From Candidatus Bathyarchaeia archaeon (GTDB lineage Archaea; Thermoproteota; Bathyarchaeia; 40CM-2-53-6): 64,000 bases of DNA. The translations under genes were made by a program, and so were the position numbers. Of the stretch, positions 1-9,572 are shown piece after piece. Every line of letters starts with the position of its first letter. Position 1 is the stretch's first letter. Under the pieces are notes generated by a model that had not been told where the DNA came from, ran no database searches, and worked only from the letters and a program-made list of their open reading frames with translations. The DNA is taken from positions 448,001 to 512,000 of the forward strand of contig JBEKVV010000001.1 in assembly GCA_049513715.1 (NCBI GenBank), read 5' to 3'.

Positions 1-153
1 TATCATCCCGATTGGTCTTCCATTTTGGCCTTAAGGGCTTTGCGGGGTGATACCTCAGAGGGTGAGATCATAGTGGGGTGGTGGTAGGCAAGGTATTATT
101 TAGCAACATGCGGTATGGTGCGCCGAAACACAAACCGAGTAACGTGGAACCAC

Positions 154-486
154 ATGAGTAGTTCACAACAGCAAAATCAAAGTCAACCGAGAATTAAGCC
201 CAGCTCAAAAGTTTATTGGCTCAGATTCTTCCTTGCATTGGTGGCTGGGTTCACTACCCATTATCTCCACATAGGCGCAGCGACTTTAGGCGAATTCGCA
301 ATCTTCGTAGCTATTGGGCTTGGGCTGGTCTTTTACTTGTTTTCGGTCCTCATAGTGAAGGACATCCTCCATTATGGGGAGGCTGAGCTGAAAGGCAAGA
401 ACAGGTACCTAACACTAGGCGGAGGCACTTATGTCGTCTTATGGATCATGCTGATTGTGCTTCTGAACACCCTATATCCTAGCTAG
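154..486 (+). CDS. EMC6/Rab5-interacting-like small membrane protein
   Basis: Three hydrophobic segments, KVYWLRFFLALVAG motif typical of archaeal EMC6-like proteins; start placed at MSSSQ. Confidence 0.55.
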   Translation: MSSSQQQNQSQPRIKPSSKVYWLRFFLALVAGFTTHYLHIGAATLGEFAIFVAIGLGLVFYLFSVLIVKDILHYGEAELKGKNRYLTLGGGTYVVLWIMLIVLLNTLYPS

Positions 487-821
487 CGCTCGCGTTTCAC
501 TGCGACGTCCACTTTCTGCTGGGGAAGATTCGAGCGTTCGAGCTTCCGCATGTAGGTCTCCAGCGCCAGGAAAAATCCACGGTCATAATCAGCGTGCAAT
601 ACGTTCGTTCCTTGCTCTGCAAACTCCCTGCGTAGCGTTCTTAGTTTCGTTGGCGTTTTGTCGATCTTGGACAGGTAGAGGTATCTATCATCCGTTGACT
701 TCGCAGTCAGGATTAGGCCCTCCAACGCCTTCAGGTAACCTTTTGCAGTTTCAGTAGCTGGAATCGTAGTCCTGATAGCGTCCAGCTCTTTTTCCGCGTC
801 AGAGATTCGTCTTTCAATCAC
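483..821 (-). CDS. conserved hypothetical protein (start uncertain)
   Basis: 112-aa ORF downstream of radA on the same strand; DYDRGFF motif. Confidence 0.55.
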   Translation of the reverse strand: MIERRISDAEKELDAIRTTIPATETAKGYLKALEGLILTAKSTDDRYLYLSKIDKTPTKLRTLRREFAEQGTNVLHADYDRGFFLALETYMRKLERSNLPQQKVDVAVKRER

Positions 822-888
822 GGCCTGGTAGAACTTTTCCGCGTCGATTTGTGGGTCAGGTTGTTTGACCGTGCCGGGGTTGTGGGTC

Positions 889-2040
889 TTAGCGGCGGCG
901 CTTGACTTCGTCTTCTTCTGTGATATCTTTGATACCTTCCTCAGTTATTTTGAAGATTCGTTCGCCCTCGGGCAAGTAGGGGCTTGAAATGAGTCTGCAG
1001 ATCCTAACGGGGCCGCTCGCCGTGCGTCTCAGGAAAATCCGTGTGTGGCTGGTGTGGGATACTATGTGTCCTCCGACGGGTTCCACAGCCATCGCGAAGA
1101 ATTGGTCTGGTCTCGACATGACTTGGTTTGTGACGACTGCACACGCATTGAACGCGCGTGAAAGCCTAACTAGGCGGTGAAGGTGGCTGTTGAGTTTCTG
1201 CTGTCTTTCAGCCAACATTTCTCGGCCCAAGTATTCGCTCCTGAAGTGTGCGGTCAAGGAGTCAACTATTATGAGTTTCACTTTGTTCTCCTGGATGATC
1301 TTATCTGCTTTTTCGAGCAGGAGAATTTGGTGGTCGGAGGTGAACGCCTCGGAATAAATGATCTTCTTCGCTATCTCAGCCGGGTCCAAGCCCATCGCAT
1401 TGGACATTCTCACGATCCATTCGGGCCGGAACGTGTTCTCGGTATCGATGTAGAGCGCGGCGCCGTTTAGGCCTCCTTTATCCTCGGGCAGTTGAACATT
1501 GACCGCGAGCTGGTGGCAGAGAATACTCTTGCCAACCCCGTACTCCCCATAGAATTCCGTTATCGTCTGAGTTTCGAGGCCCCCGCCCAACAATTCGTCA
1601 AGTTGCTTGCTCGCTGTGGAGAGGCGTTTGACATTCTGCCGCATCTTGATGAGTTCGTCAGCGGTGATGAAGGTGAGGGCTAAACCGTTTCTTGCTGCAG
1701 CAATTACCTTGGCAGCCTGTTTCTCACCCACACCGGCTGTTGTCAGTTCCTTAATGGTCGCTGTGGCTAACGATTCGACGGTGTGAAACCCCATCTCTTG
1801 GAGTTTCTCAGCGGTAGCTGGACCTACGCCAGGTATATCCTCAATGAACTCGTACCTTTTCTGTTCCTCTTCAGGGGCTGCTTCATCTTCCTCTTTGCTC
1901 TCCGTGGTCTCCTCTGTTGCCTTAGCTTTCCGTTTCTTTTCTTCCTTTGCTGGTTTCGTTTCCTTCGCTGGTTCTGTAGAGGGTTCTTCTTCTGCTGTTG
2001 TTTCTTCTTCCAAGATTTGTGTCGCTGCCAAGGTTAACAC
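889..2040 (-). CDS. radA: DNA repair and recombination protein RadA with acidic N-terminal extension
   Basis: HhH DIPGVG, Walker A GEYGVGKS, YIDTENTFRPE, DSLTAHFRSEY, VTNQV. Confidence 0.97.
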   Translation of the reverse strand: MLTLAATQILEEETTAEEEPSTEPAKETKPAKEEKKRKAKATEETTESKEEDEAAPEEEQKRYEFIEDIPGVGPATAEKLQEMGFHTVESLATATIKELTTAGVGEKQAAKVIAAARNGLALTFITADELIKMRQNVKRLSTASKQLDELLGGGLETQTITEFYGEYGVGKSILCHQLAVNVQLPEDKGGLNGAALYIDTENTFRPEWIVRMSNAMGLDPAEIAKKIIYSEAFTSDHQILLLEKADKIIQENKVKLIIVDSLTAHFRSEYLGREMLAERQQKLNSHLHRLVRLSRAFNACAVVTNQVMSRPDQFFAMAVEPVGGHIVSHTSHTRIFLRRTASGPVRICRLISSPYLPEGERIFKITEEGIKDITEEDEVKRRR

Positions 2041-2159
2041 TCTGCTTATTTCAATATTAGCTACATTTGTTACTGGTGCTGCGCGATATAACGGAGAGAG
2101 CTGGATGAAAGTACGACCAATGCAAGTTAGATTCCTGTTGCATTCTAAGGAGAAGGGCC

Positions 2160-2933
2160 ATGACTCTTTCGGTGAAGGTTAGTCCGTCGGTCCCCGAGGC
2201 TGCTGAACTCCTCGAGAAAGCCTTCAGGGCAAGGAACTTCGTGTTGGTTGCAGGAGACTGTAGGGTCGACTATGAGGGTAGAGCGTCATCAGTTCTTGAG
2301 TGGGGAGAGCGAATTACCATAGTGAAGCAAGATGGATCGGTACTGGTTCATAGGCCGGTTGGTTACGAGCCTGTGAACTGGCAGCCTACAGGATGCTTGG
2401 TCAAGGCCTGGGTTGACGATTCAGGTTGCCTTGTTGTCAGCGCGTCCAGGTCGCAACCAAGGGAGAACGTTTCGATAGAATTTCGCGAGGTCTCTCTTAC
2501 GATAACCGGGACAATGAAGGATTCCGGAGAGTTCGCACTTCATGTTACCGAGGAGCAGATGAAGCAGGCAATCTTGACGGCTCCCAACCTCGTGGAGGAA
2601 GGTCTGAAACCACTCCAAGAAGAGAAGAGCCTAGGGGAAGCTGGCTTCACAGACATATTCGCGGAGGACAATCACGGTCATCTCGTTGTCATAGAAATCA
2701 AGCGCCATGCAGCGACCAAAGACGCGGTAAAGCAGCTGCAGCGGTACTTGGACACTTTGAGGAAACGCGTCCCCAGAAACATTCGGGGGATCATAGTTGC
2801 ACCCGAGCTGAGCAAGAGCGCGCAGCCATTGTTGGAGAGCTTAGAGCTGGAATTCGTCAGGCTTGCCCCCGAAAAGTGCTTTAGTGTTCTGAAGAGCCGA
2901 AAAGACATGAAACTCAGCCATTTTCTTGCATGA
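2160..2933 (+). CDS. nucS: endonuclease NucS/EndoMS
   Basis: VDYEGRASS, KQDGSVLVH, EPVNWQP, D...VVIEIKR, QLQRY. Confidence 0.95.
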   Translation: MTLSVKVSPSVPEAAELLEKAFRARNFVLVAGDCRVDYEGRASSVLEWGERITIVKQDGSVLVHRPVGYEPVNWQPTGCLVKAWVDDSGCLVVSASRSQPRENVSIEFREVSLTITGTMKDSGEFALHVTEEQMKQAILTAPNLVEEGLKPLQEEKSLGEAGFTDIFAEDNHGHLVVIEIKRHAATKDAVKQLQRYLDTLRKRVPRNIRGIIVAPELSKSAQPLLESLELEFVRLAPEKCFSVLKSRKDMKLSHFLA

Positions 2934-3006
2934 AAGCCGCCGAATGGCAAGGGCGCAAGTTTATTTACCGTAAAGAGGAACGTTCCGCAATAATCCAGTG
3001 ATTTGC

Positions 3007-3252
3007 TTGGAGCCTTCCAGAAAGCCACTCAACCTGCTGGTCAAGAAACTGAATGCCGAAGTCGTCATCCGCCTCAAGAACGACGTCGAGTACCGCGGAC
3101 ACATGATCGACGCCGACAGCCACATGAACATCATCCTTGAGGGGGCCACAGAATACAGAGGTAACTCTCCAACGGCGAACTATGGCAACGTAATTCTTCG
3201 TGGCAGCAATATTCTGTACATTTCTGTTGAATCGGGCAAGCAACAAGCATAA
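3007..3252 (+). CDS. Sm-like archaeal protein (LSm)
   Basis: Sm1 motif DSHMNIILE and Sm2 motif GNVILRGSNILYI. Confidence 0.93.
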   Translation: MEPSRKPLNLLVKKLNAEVVIRLKNDVEYRGHMIDADSHMNIILEGATEYRGNSPTANYGNVILRGSNILYISVESGKQQA

Positions 3253-3316
3253 GACACGCCAGCGCCCTTTTTCCTCACTCAGAGTACGGCTACTAGTACC
3301 GCTGAAGTGAGCAATA

Positions 3317-4915
3317 TTGGGTGCGCAACTTGAGGCTGAGCTAGATACGTCGTTGCTCTCTGAGCTCGCTTCTCGAATTATCGAGACTAAGCCAGTAGAT
3401 GCCGACAGCCTCAATCGCATGAAACTTGAATTCTGCAAAGAGCACCACCTACGCTGGATGCCTCGCAACTCGGATATCCTGAATGTCCTCGCTCCCGAAG
3501 TGAGGGAGAAGCTGGCACCTAGACTTCGAATCAAGAAAGTGCGAAGCATCTCAGGAGTGAACGTGATTGGGGTCATGAGTTCTCCCCGCGGGTGCCCACA
3601 TGGCCGCTGCGTCTTTTGCCCCGTGGAGAAAGGGTTCCCGATGAGCTACACCTCAGGGGAGCCCGCCGCGATGAGGGGCCTGCAGTCTGGATATGACCCG
3701 TTCAAACAAATCACCAGCAGAATCCACCAGCTGAAAGCGATCGGACACGAGCCATCAAAACTCGAGCTCGTAATTCAAGGAGGAACATTTCTGGCAGCCC
3801 CTCTGGAGTATCAGGAGCATTTCGTGAAACGGTGCTTGGACGCGATCAATGCTGTTGATGCACCGACACTGGACGCTGCGAAAGTCATGGCGGAGTCAAG
3901 CGAAATGCGAAATGTGGGGTTGACCATCGAGACAAAGCCAGATTGGTGCAAACAGCCGCATGTAGACCAAATGCTGCGACTTGGGGCAACACGAGTTGAG
4001 ATCGGCGTTCAGATAATCGACGACGCGATCTACGCTCTTACAAACCGGGGGCACACAGTTCAGGATGTTGTTGAGGCCTTTCAAATTAGTCGAGACGCAG
4101 GATTCAAGATCGTTGCACACATGATGCCCGGCCTTCCGGGTTCAAGCTTCGAAAAGGATCTCGAATCCTTCAGAATTCTCTTCCAAGATCCTCGGTTCTG
4201 CCCTGATATGCTGAAGATTTACCCCTGCCTCGTCATGGAGGGCACCGAGCTGTATCAATCGTGGAAAAACGGCCAGTACCAGGCATTCGAGACTGAACAG
4301 GCAGTGGAGCTGGTTGCCCAAGTTAAAGAAACGATTCCGCCTTGGGTCAGAATAATGCGGGTCCACCGAGAATTTCCAGTCAAACTCATCATTGCAGGCG
4401 TCAAGAGCGGGAACCTGAGAGAACTTGCCCTACGGAGACTCGTGGAAAGTGGGAAAAAATGCAGATGCATTCGATGCCGTGAGGTCGGCCACCGTACGCT
4501 AAAAGAAGAGACTCCAGTAGACCCCGACAAGGTTAGGATGGGTCGCCAAGAGTACGACTCGGGTGAAGGAAGGGAGATTTTCATGTCGCTCGAGGAACCT
4601 GAAGCGGACGCTTTGATAGCGTATCTGAGGTTGAGGATGCCTTCGTCAAAGGCCCACAGGCCTGAGGTCGATCGCTCTACGGCTATGATTAGGGAATTGC
4701 ATGTTTACGGTACCGAGGTTCCTGTCGGGCAAAGGTATGAAGGTGCATGGCAGCACGCGGGCTACGGAAGGCAGCTACTTCGGGAGGCTGAGATGATCGC
4801 GCGGCAGAAGGGCGCAGGTAGGATCTTGGTGATTAGTGCGCTTGGAACGAAAGAATACTACAAGCGGGTTGGGTACGACCACGTCGGCCCATACATGGGA
4901 AAGACGCTAAACTAA
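3317..4915 (+). CDS. elp3: tRNA uridine(34) acetyltransferase Elp3
   Basis: CPHGRCVFCP radical SAM motif, LKIYP, CRCIRCREVG, RELHVYG, QHAGYG. Confidence 0.96.
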   Translation: MGAQLEAELDTSLLSELASRIIETKPVDADSLNRMKLEFCKEHHLRWMPRNSDILNVLAPEVREKLAPRLRIKKVRSISGVNVIGVMSSPRGCPHGRCVFCPVEKGFPMSYTSGEPAAMRGLQSGYDPFKQITSRIHQLKAIGHEPSKLELVIQGGTFLAAPLEYQEHFVKRCLDAINAVDAPTLDAAKVMAESSEMRNVGLTIETKPDWCKQPHVDQMLRLGATRVEIGVQIIDDAIYALTNRGHTVQDVVEAFQISRDAGFKIVAHMMPGLPGSSFEKDLESFRILFQDPRFCPDMLKIYPCLVMEGTELYQSWKNGQYQAFETEQAVELVAQVKETIPPWVRIMRVHREFPVKLIIAGVKSGNLRELALRRLVESGKKCRCIRCREVGHRTLKEETPVDPDKVRMGRQEYDSGEGREIFMSLEEPEADALIAYLRLRMPSSKAHRPEVDRSTAMIRELHVYGTEVPVGQRYEGAWQHAGYGRQLLREAEMIARQKGAGRILVISALGTKEYYKRVGYDHVGPYMGKTLN

Positions 4916-4974
4916 CCCTCAGCCGCAAACACAACTAACATCTTAAGGCTCAAGGCAAGTCTCTTCGCAAACCC

Positions 4975-6345
4975 GTGGAGGAGATACTGTTGACGGAAGA
5001 ACCATTATCAGGATATTTCGGGCTCTCCCGCGACATGTTAGCCAAGGCAGGGGCGCAAATCGGAGATCGAATTCTCCTGGACCTAAGGCATGGAACGAGC
5101 GTCGAGACCGTAGAAGGCTTGTTGATGCCACGCATTCAAGCAGAACGCGACGATGACTACGTTGTGGTCAAACTGAAAACTGGGTACAATGTTGGCGTAA
5201 GAATTGACCAATCAGCCAAGATTAGCGTGCTGGGAAAGGGGGCACAACCGCATTTCGCAAGACCGCCTCCCCCTCAACGTACGGCAGGTCTTCCGAAGGT
5301 TTCAATCATAAGCACCGGCGGAACAATCGCAAGTAAGGTAGACTACAGAACTGGGGCCGTGAAGCCAGCCCTCGATGCTGAAGACCTGTACAGCGTTGTC
5401 CCCGAGCTCGCAGAACTCGCCGAAATTGATGCCAAGGTTTTGTTAAGTGTCTTCAGTGAGAACATAGGCCCTCCGCACTGGTCGCAGATCGCGGAATCCG
5501 TGGCGGAACAGATTCGTCATGGTGCAGACGGAGTCATAATTGCCCATGGAACTGATACGATGGGTTATACGGCTGCGGCTTTGAGCTTCGCGCTCAGAGA
5601 GCTACCTGTCCCAGTAGTATTAGTTGGTTCGCAGCGGTCTTCAGACAGGCCCAGCTCAGACGCGGCCACCAACCTGCTCGCCGCAACAGCAGTTGCGGGG
5701 AAAGCACCCTTCGGTGAGGTTGTCGTAGCGATGCACGACTGGATATCTGACGAGATGATATCCATTCACAGGGGAACAAGAGTGCGCAAATGTCACACAA
5801 GCAGGCGCGATGCTTTCAAGAGCGTTAACTCGCAGCCGATGGGGTATTACGATGTTGTGCACCGATCACTCGAGCTAGGTCAAGGCCCTGTTGAACCTCG
5901 CCGCGACAAAGCAAGTTTGAAAGTTCAAGCGCAATTCGACCCGAACGTTGCCCTCATGAAATTCACGCCTGGCATGTCAGTGGGAATGATTGACTGGGCA
6001 ACTGCGACCGGCTACAAGGGGATAGTTCTCGAAGGGTCAGGACTTGGACATGTGGGGAGCGCGCTCTACCCCGCACTGGAGAGAGCGATAAGCGAGGGCG
6101 TTGTGGTCGCCATGTGCTCCCAATGTGTCTGGGGACGCGTTCACATGACCGTGTACTCCACAGGCAGAGACCTCCTCAGGATGGGTGTTATCCCGCTCGG
6201 CGACATGCTCGCGGAAACCGCGCTCGTGAAGATGATGTGGGCTTTCGGGCAGGAAAAGGACCCCGCAAAGGTGAAAGAAACCATGAGCCGCAACATCGCC
6301 AACGAATCATCCGACAGGCGACTCGTCGAGGCGACAGAGGAATGA
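4975..6345 (+). CDS. gatD: Glu-tRNA(Gln) amidotransferase subunit D
   Basis: KLKTGYNVG, STGGTIASKVDY, HGTDT, GSQRSSDRPSSD. Confidence 0.97.
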   Translation: MEEILLTEEPLSGYFGLSRDMLAKAGAQIGDRILLDLRHGTSVETVEGLLMPRIQAERDDDYVVVKLKTGYNVGVRIDQSAKISVLGKGAQPHFARPPPPQRTAGLPKVSIISTGGTIASKVDYRTGAVKPALDAEDLYSVVPELAELAEIDAKVLLSVFSENIGPPHWSQIAESVAEQIRHGADGVIIAHGTDTMGYTAAALSFALRELPVPVVLVGSQRSSDRPSSDAATNLLAATAVAGKAPFGEVVVAMHDWISDEMISIHRGTRVRKCHTSRRDAFKSVNSQPMGYYDVVHRSLELGQGPVEPRRDKASLKVQAQFDPNVALMKFTPGMSVGMIDWATATGYKGIVLEGSGLGHVGSALYPALERAISEGVVVAMCSQCVWGRVHMTVYSTGRDLLRMGVIPLGDMLAETALVKMMWAFGQEKDPAKVKETMSRNIANESSDRRLVEATEE

Positions 6346-8246
6346 GCAAGCAGCCAGAGTCACTCAAGGTTAAGGTAGGCCTCGAAATCCATCGCCAACT
6401 CGATACTAAGCACAAACTCTTCTGCGCCTGCCCCACCGACTTGGCGGAAACGGATCCCGAGGAGAAGTTCCTTCGAAGGCTAAGACCAACGCAAAGTGAG
6501 CTTGGGCAGGTGGACCAAGCCGCGTTGTTCGAGTTTCACCGTGGAAGAAGCGTGATGTATGAATCAGACCGCCAAACTGCCTGCTTGGTTGAGATGGATG
6601 AGGAACCACCTGCAAGGCTGAACTCTGAGGCGGTTGAAATTTGCTTGTCCGCCGCACTGCTCATGAAGGCCGACCCAGTTGATGAAATTCACGCAATGCG
6701 CAAAATCGTCATCGACGGCTCCAACACAACAGGCTTCCAGCGTACTTGTGTCGTCGCCCTTGACGGTATGTTGAAGGTAGACGGGAAGGATATCCCGATC
6801 CAGCAGATTTCATTGGAAGAAGACGCGGCGCGGAAGACGAGCCAAAACCGCGATCTCATAAGCTACAGAATTGACCGATTAGGCGTCCCATTGATCGAGG
6901 TTACTACTGCCCCTGTTTTGGAGTCGCCTGACGAGGTGGAAAAGGTTGCGCTGGCGATCGGGACGATTCTGAGAGCGACTCGAAAGGTGAAACGGGGTAT
7001 CGGAAGCGTCAGGCAGGACCTTAACGTCTCGATTCCGGAGGGTGCGCTCATAGAGCTCAAGGGAGTCCAGGAGCTTGAGATTCTCAACAAGGCTGTGGAG
7101 TTCGAAATGAGCCGGCAGCAAAAGCTGCTCGAGATAAGAGACGAACTCAAACGAAGAGGAGTGCAGCCCGATGCGATTGAGAGAAAATACGTTGATTTGA
7201 CCGAAGTGTTCAGCAAATCGGAGGCACGGGTTGTACAGGGAGCAGTTACAAAGGGTGGAATTGTGCTCGGCGTGAAACTTCCGAAATTCGGGGGACTGGT
7301 GGGAAAAGAGCTGGCGCCGGGTTTGCGACTGGGAACTGAGATGTCGAGCCACGCCATATTTTGGGCCGGCGTTGGAGGAATTTTCCACTCCGACGAACTA
7401 CCTAGCTACGGGATTACTGAGGAGGAAGTTCAGCGCACCAAGGAACGTTTAGGTATGGGATCACAGGACGCTTTTGTCTTAGTTGCGGACGAGAAAGCCC
7501 GAACCATCGACGCATTGGACGCGGTTGTAGACCGAGCATTAGAGGCGTTGAAGGGTGTCCCTGAGGAGACGAGGACAGCGATGCCAGATGGTACCAGCCG
7601 GTACATGCGGCCAAGGCCGGGTGCCGCTAGGATGTATCCGGAGACTGATGTTCCGCCTGCCCCAGTCAAGGAGGCATTGATTCAGAACCTGAAGGCCAAC
7701 CTCCCCGAAACATCCGAGGCTGCAGCGAAGCGATTGATGGAAAAGTACGCGTTGAACCAGAAACTTGCCAAGCAGTTAATTGATTCTGATTACCTCGAAC
7801 TGTTCGAGCAAATCGCCGCAACCAGCAAGGTGCAGACATCGTTCGTTGCCACAATACTAACGGAGACGTGTAAGAGCCTTCACCGCGAAGGAGTACCCAT
7901 CGGCTCGGTTCCAGATAACAAAGTGCAGGCAATCTTCCGACTGGTGGATGAGGGAGCTGTGACGAAGGAAGCTGTCGCAGAGTTGCTCAAATGGCAAGCA
8001 AAGAACCTGAACGCAGAGTCTAGGCAGGGAGTCAAGGAACTTGGCATGAAAATGCTCAGCGACGAAGAGTTGGAACGAGTTATCGAACGCCACATTGAAA
8101 ACAACATGAAACTGATTCAGGAGAGGGGGCAGGGCGCATTCTCGTCCTTGATGGGATCAGTTATGTCTGAGGTACGCGGCTCCACTGACGCACAGAAGGT
8201 GAACGAGAAGTTGAAACAAAAGCTCGCCCAGGCAGCGAAGAAATAG
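6342..8246 (+). CDS. gatE: Glu-tRNA(Gln) amidotransferase subunit E
   Basis: GLEIHRQL, KLFC, DGSNTTGFQRT, RMYPETDVPP; ATG overlaps the gatD stop (ATGA). Confidence 0.97.
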   Translation: MSKQPESLKVKVGLEIHRQLDTKHKLFCACPTDLAETDPEEKFLRRLRPTQSELGQVDQAALFEFHRGRSVMYESDRQTACLVEMDEEPPARLNSEAVEICLSAALLMKADPVDEIHAMRKIVIDGSNTTGFQRTCVVALDGMLKVDGKDIPIQQISLEEDAARKTSQNRDLISYRIDRLGVPLIEVTTAPVLESPDEVEKVALAIGTILRATRKVKRGIGSVRQDLNVSIPEGALIELKGVQELEILNKAVEFEMSRQQKLLEIRDELKRRGVQPDAIERKYVDLTEVFSKSEARVVQGAVTKGGIVLGVKLPKFGGLVGKELAPGLRLGTEMSSHAIFWAGVGGIFHSDELPSYGITEEEVQRTKERLGMGSQDAFVLVADEKARTIDALDAVVDRALEALKGVPEETRTAMPDGTSRYMRPRPGAARMYPETDVPPAPVKEALIQNLKANLPETSEAAAKRLMEKYALNQKLAKQLIDSDYLELFEQIAATSKVQTSFVATILTETCKSLHREGVPIGSVPDNKVQAIFRLVDEGAVTKEAVAELLKWQAKNLNAESRQGVKELGMKMLSDEELERVIERHIENNMKLIQERGQGAFSSLMGSVMSEVRGSTDAQKVNEKLKQKLAQAAKK

Positions 8247-8256
8247 GTTCTATCGC

Positions 8257-9201
8257 TTATTCTAGGAATTCCACGTCATCAACCAGCCCGTCACTATTGA
8301 CATCCAACCCTGAGACTACCCGGGCTGTGACGTCTTTGTTCATTCCGTTGCCTTCCGCGATTTTGTCGGTGTATTTGATGAAAGCGAGGACTGCGGCTCT
8401 GGTGCCTTGATAGCTGTTGCCCGCGATAATGATTGCGCGGGATTCTTGATTCATAGGGTTGACGATCATTTGGATTGCTCCTTCGTCATCTCCTGAGTAT
8501 GTCTTGCCGGAGACTCTGGACATCATCATGTTGTGGCCAGTTAGCTCGTAGGTGATCGGAAGCCATTCGTTAACCATCATAGTGACTGTGTTCACTCTTG
8601 GGCCACCAACAAGGAGGAGGTTGCGCAGCAGTTCCTGTTGCGAGATCTCGGTGTCCAAACGTACCACGCTCTCCCGTGTTAGCGGGAGAAGCGAGCCGAG
8701 GAAGAGGGCAAGGTCGGTGGCTCTGTCCCCACACCTAGCTCTACTTCGAAAGATGCCATGCGTGTCGGGGCTGCCAAGAACGATGTGCCCGTTTAGGTGG
8801 CCTTGGGAGATGAATGGGTCGAGCAGCTTCGAGGCTGACTCGGTCAATGCTTCTTGCGGTTGATTCTGCACAGCCTTGCTTGGATTACCTGTTCGCGGAA
8901 CTACGGCGACTGCCTTCCGCTCGGCTGTGTAGTATTTCGCCGTGGCGCCTCTTTTCTTCTCTGTCCGTTCGAGCCTAATGAAACCAAACTTCTCCAATTC
9001 CCTTAGGTGGTAGCAGATTACTTGCTCACTGGCATTGAATGCTTCGCACAGATCTTTCGCGCATTTCTCACCCGCGGTAAGTTCGCTGAAAATTCTCCAG
9101 CGCATTGGCTGCAGGACGGACTGCGCGATTTTGGGGTCGTAGAAGATGCGGGCCGGCATTAGCTGGCTGTTGTGTCGTTCCTTCATTACTAGGTATGACA
9201 T
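8257..9201 (-). CDS. ArsR-type HTH regulator with C-terminal S-layer-like domain
   Basis: N-terminal wHTH (YHLRELEKFG, AKYY); C-terminal NLLLVGGPRVN and AG...GTRAA motifs. Confidence 0.75.
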   Translation of the reverse strand: MSYLVMKERHNSQLMPARIFYDPKIAQSVLQPMRWRIFSELTAGEKCAKDLCEAFNASEQVICYHLRELEKFGFIRLERTEKKRGATAKYYTAERKAVAVVPRTGNPSKAVQNQPQEALTESASKLLDPFISQGHLNGHIVLGSPDTHGIFRSRARCGDRATDLALFLGSLLPLTRESVVRLDTEISQQELLRNLLLVGGPRVNTVTMMVNEWLPITYELTGHNMMMSRVSGKTYSGDDEGAIQMIVNPMNQESRAIIIAGNSYQGTRAAVLAFIKYTDKIAEGNGMNKDVTARVVSGLDVNSDGLVDDVEFLE

Positions 9202-9572
9202 GGGCTTCTTCGGTTTCTCTATGATTCACGATTAATAAAGCCACTTTTTGACTGGTCGCGCAGTTTAGATCAGTGTATCTCCTTCAACCATTCTTGCGGT
9301 CGTCGAGTTCATGAAGCGAACTTCATTTATGCCGAAGTTAGGTTCGAAATTTGGTGTGATTTTTCTGGGACCTGACAGGTGGGCCGGCTTGCTCGGGATT
9401 GCGGGTTATGATAGCGCTGTTTTTTTACCATTAAACCTGATTTTGCCCATTTTGAGCTCGTTTCCTGGGTAATATCCGATAATCTGGGTCGATTCATCAA
9501 ACGAATCCCGCAGGAATACTTATCACCGGAATTCGAGATGGTCGGCGAATTCTCTCTGGTTGGGTACTTGCT

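Noticed and set aside
6114..6341. N-terminal extension of GatE in the ORF track
   Set aside because: It overlaps gatD; the true start is the ATG at 6342
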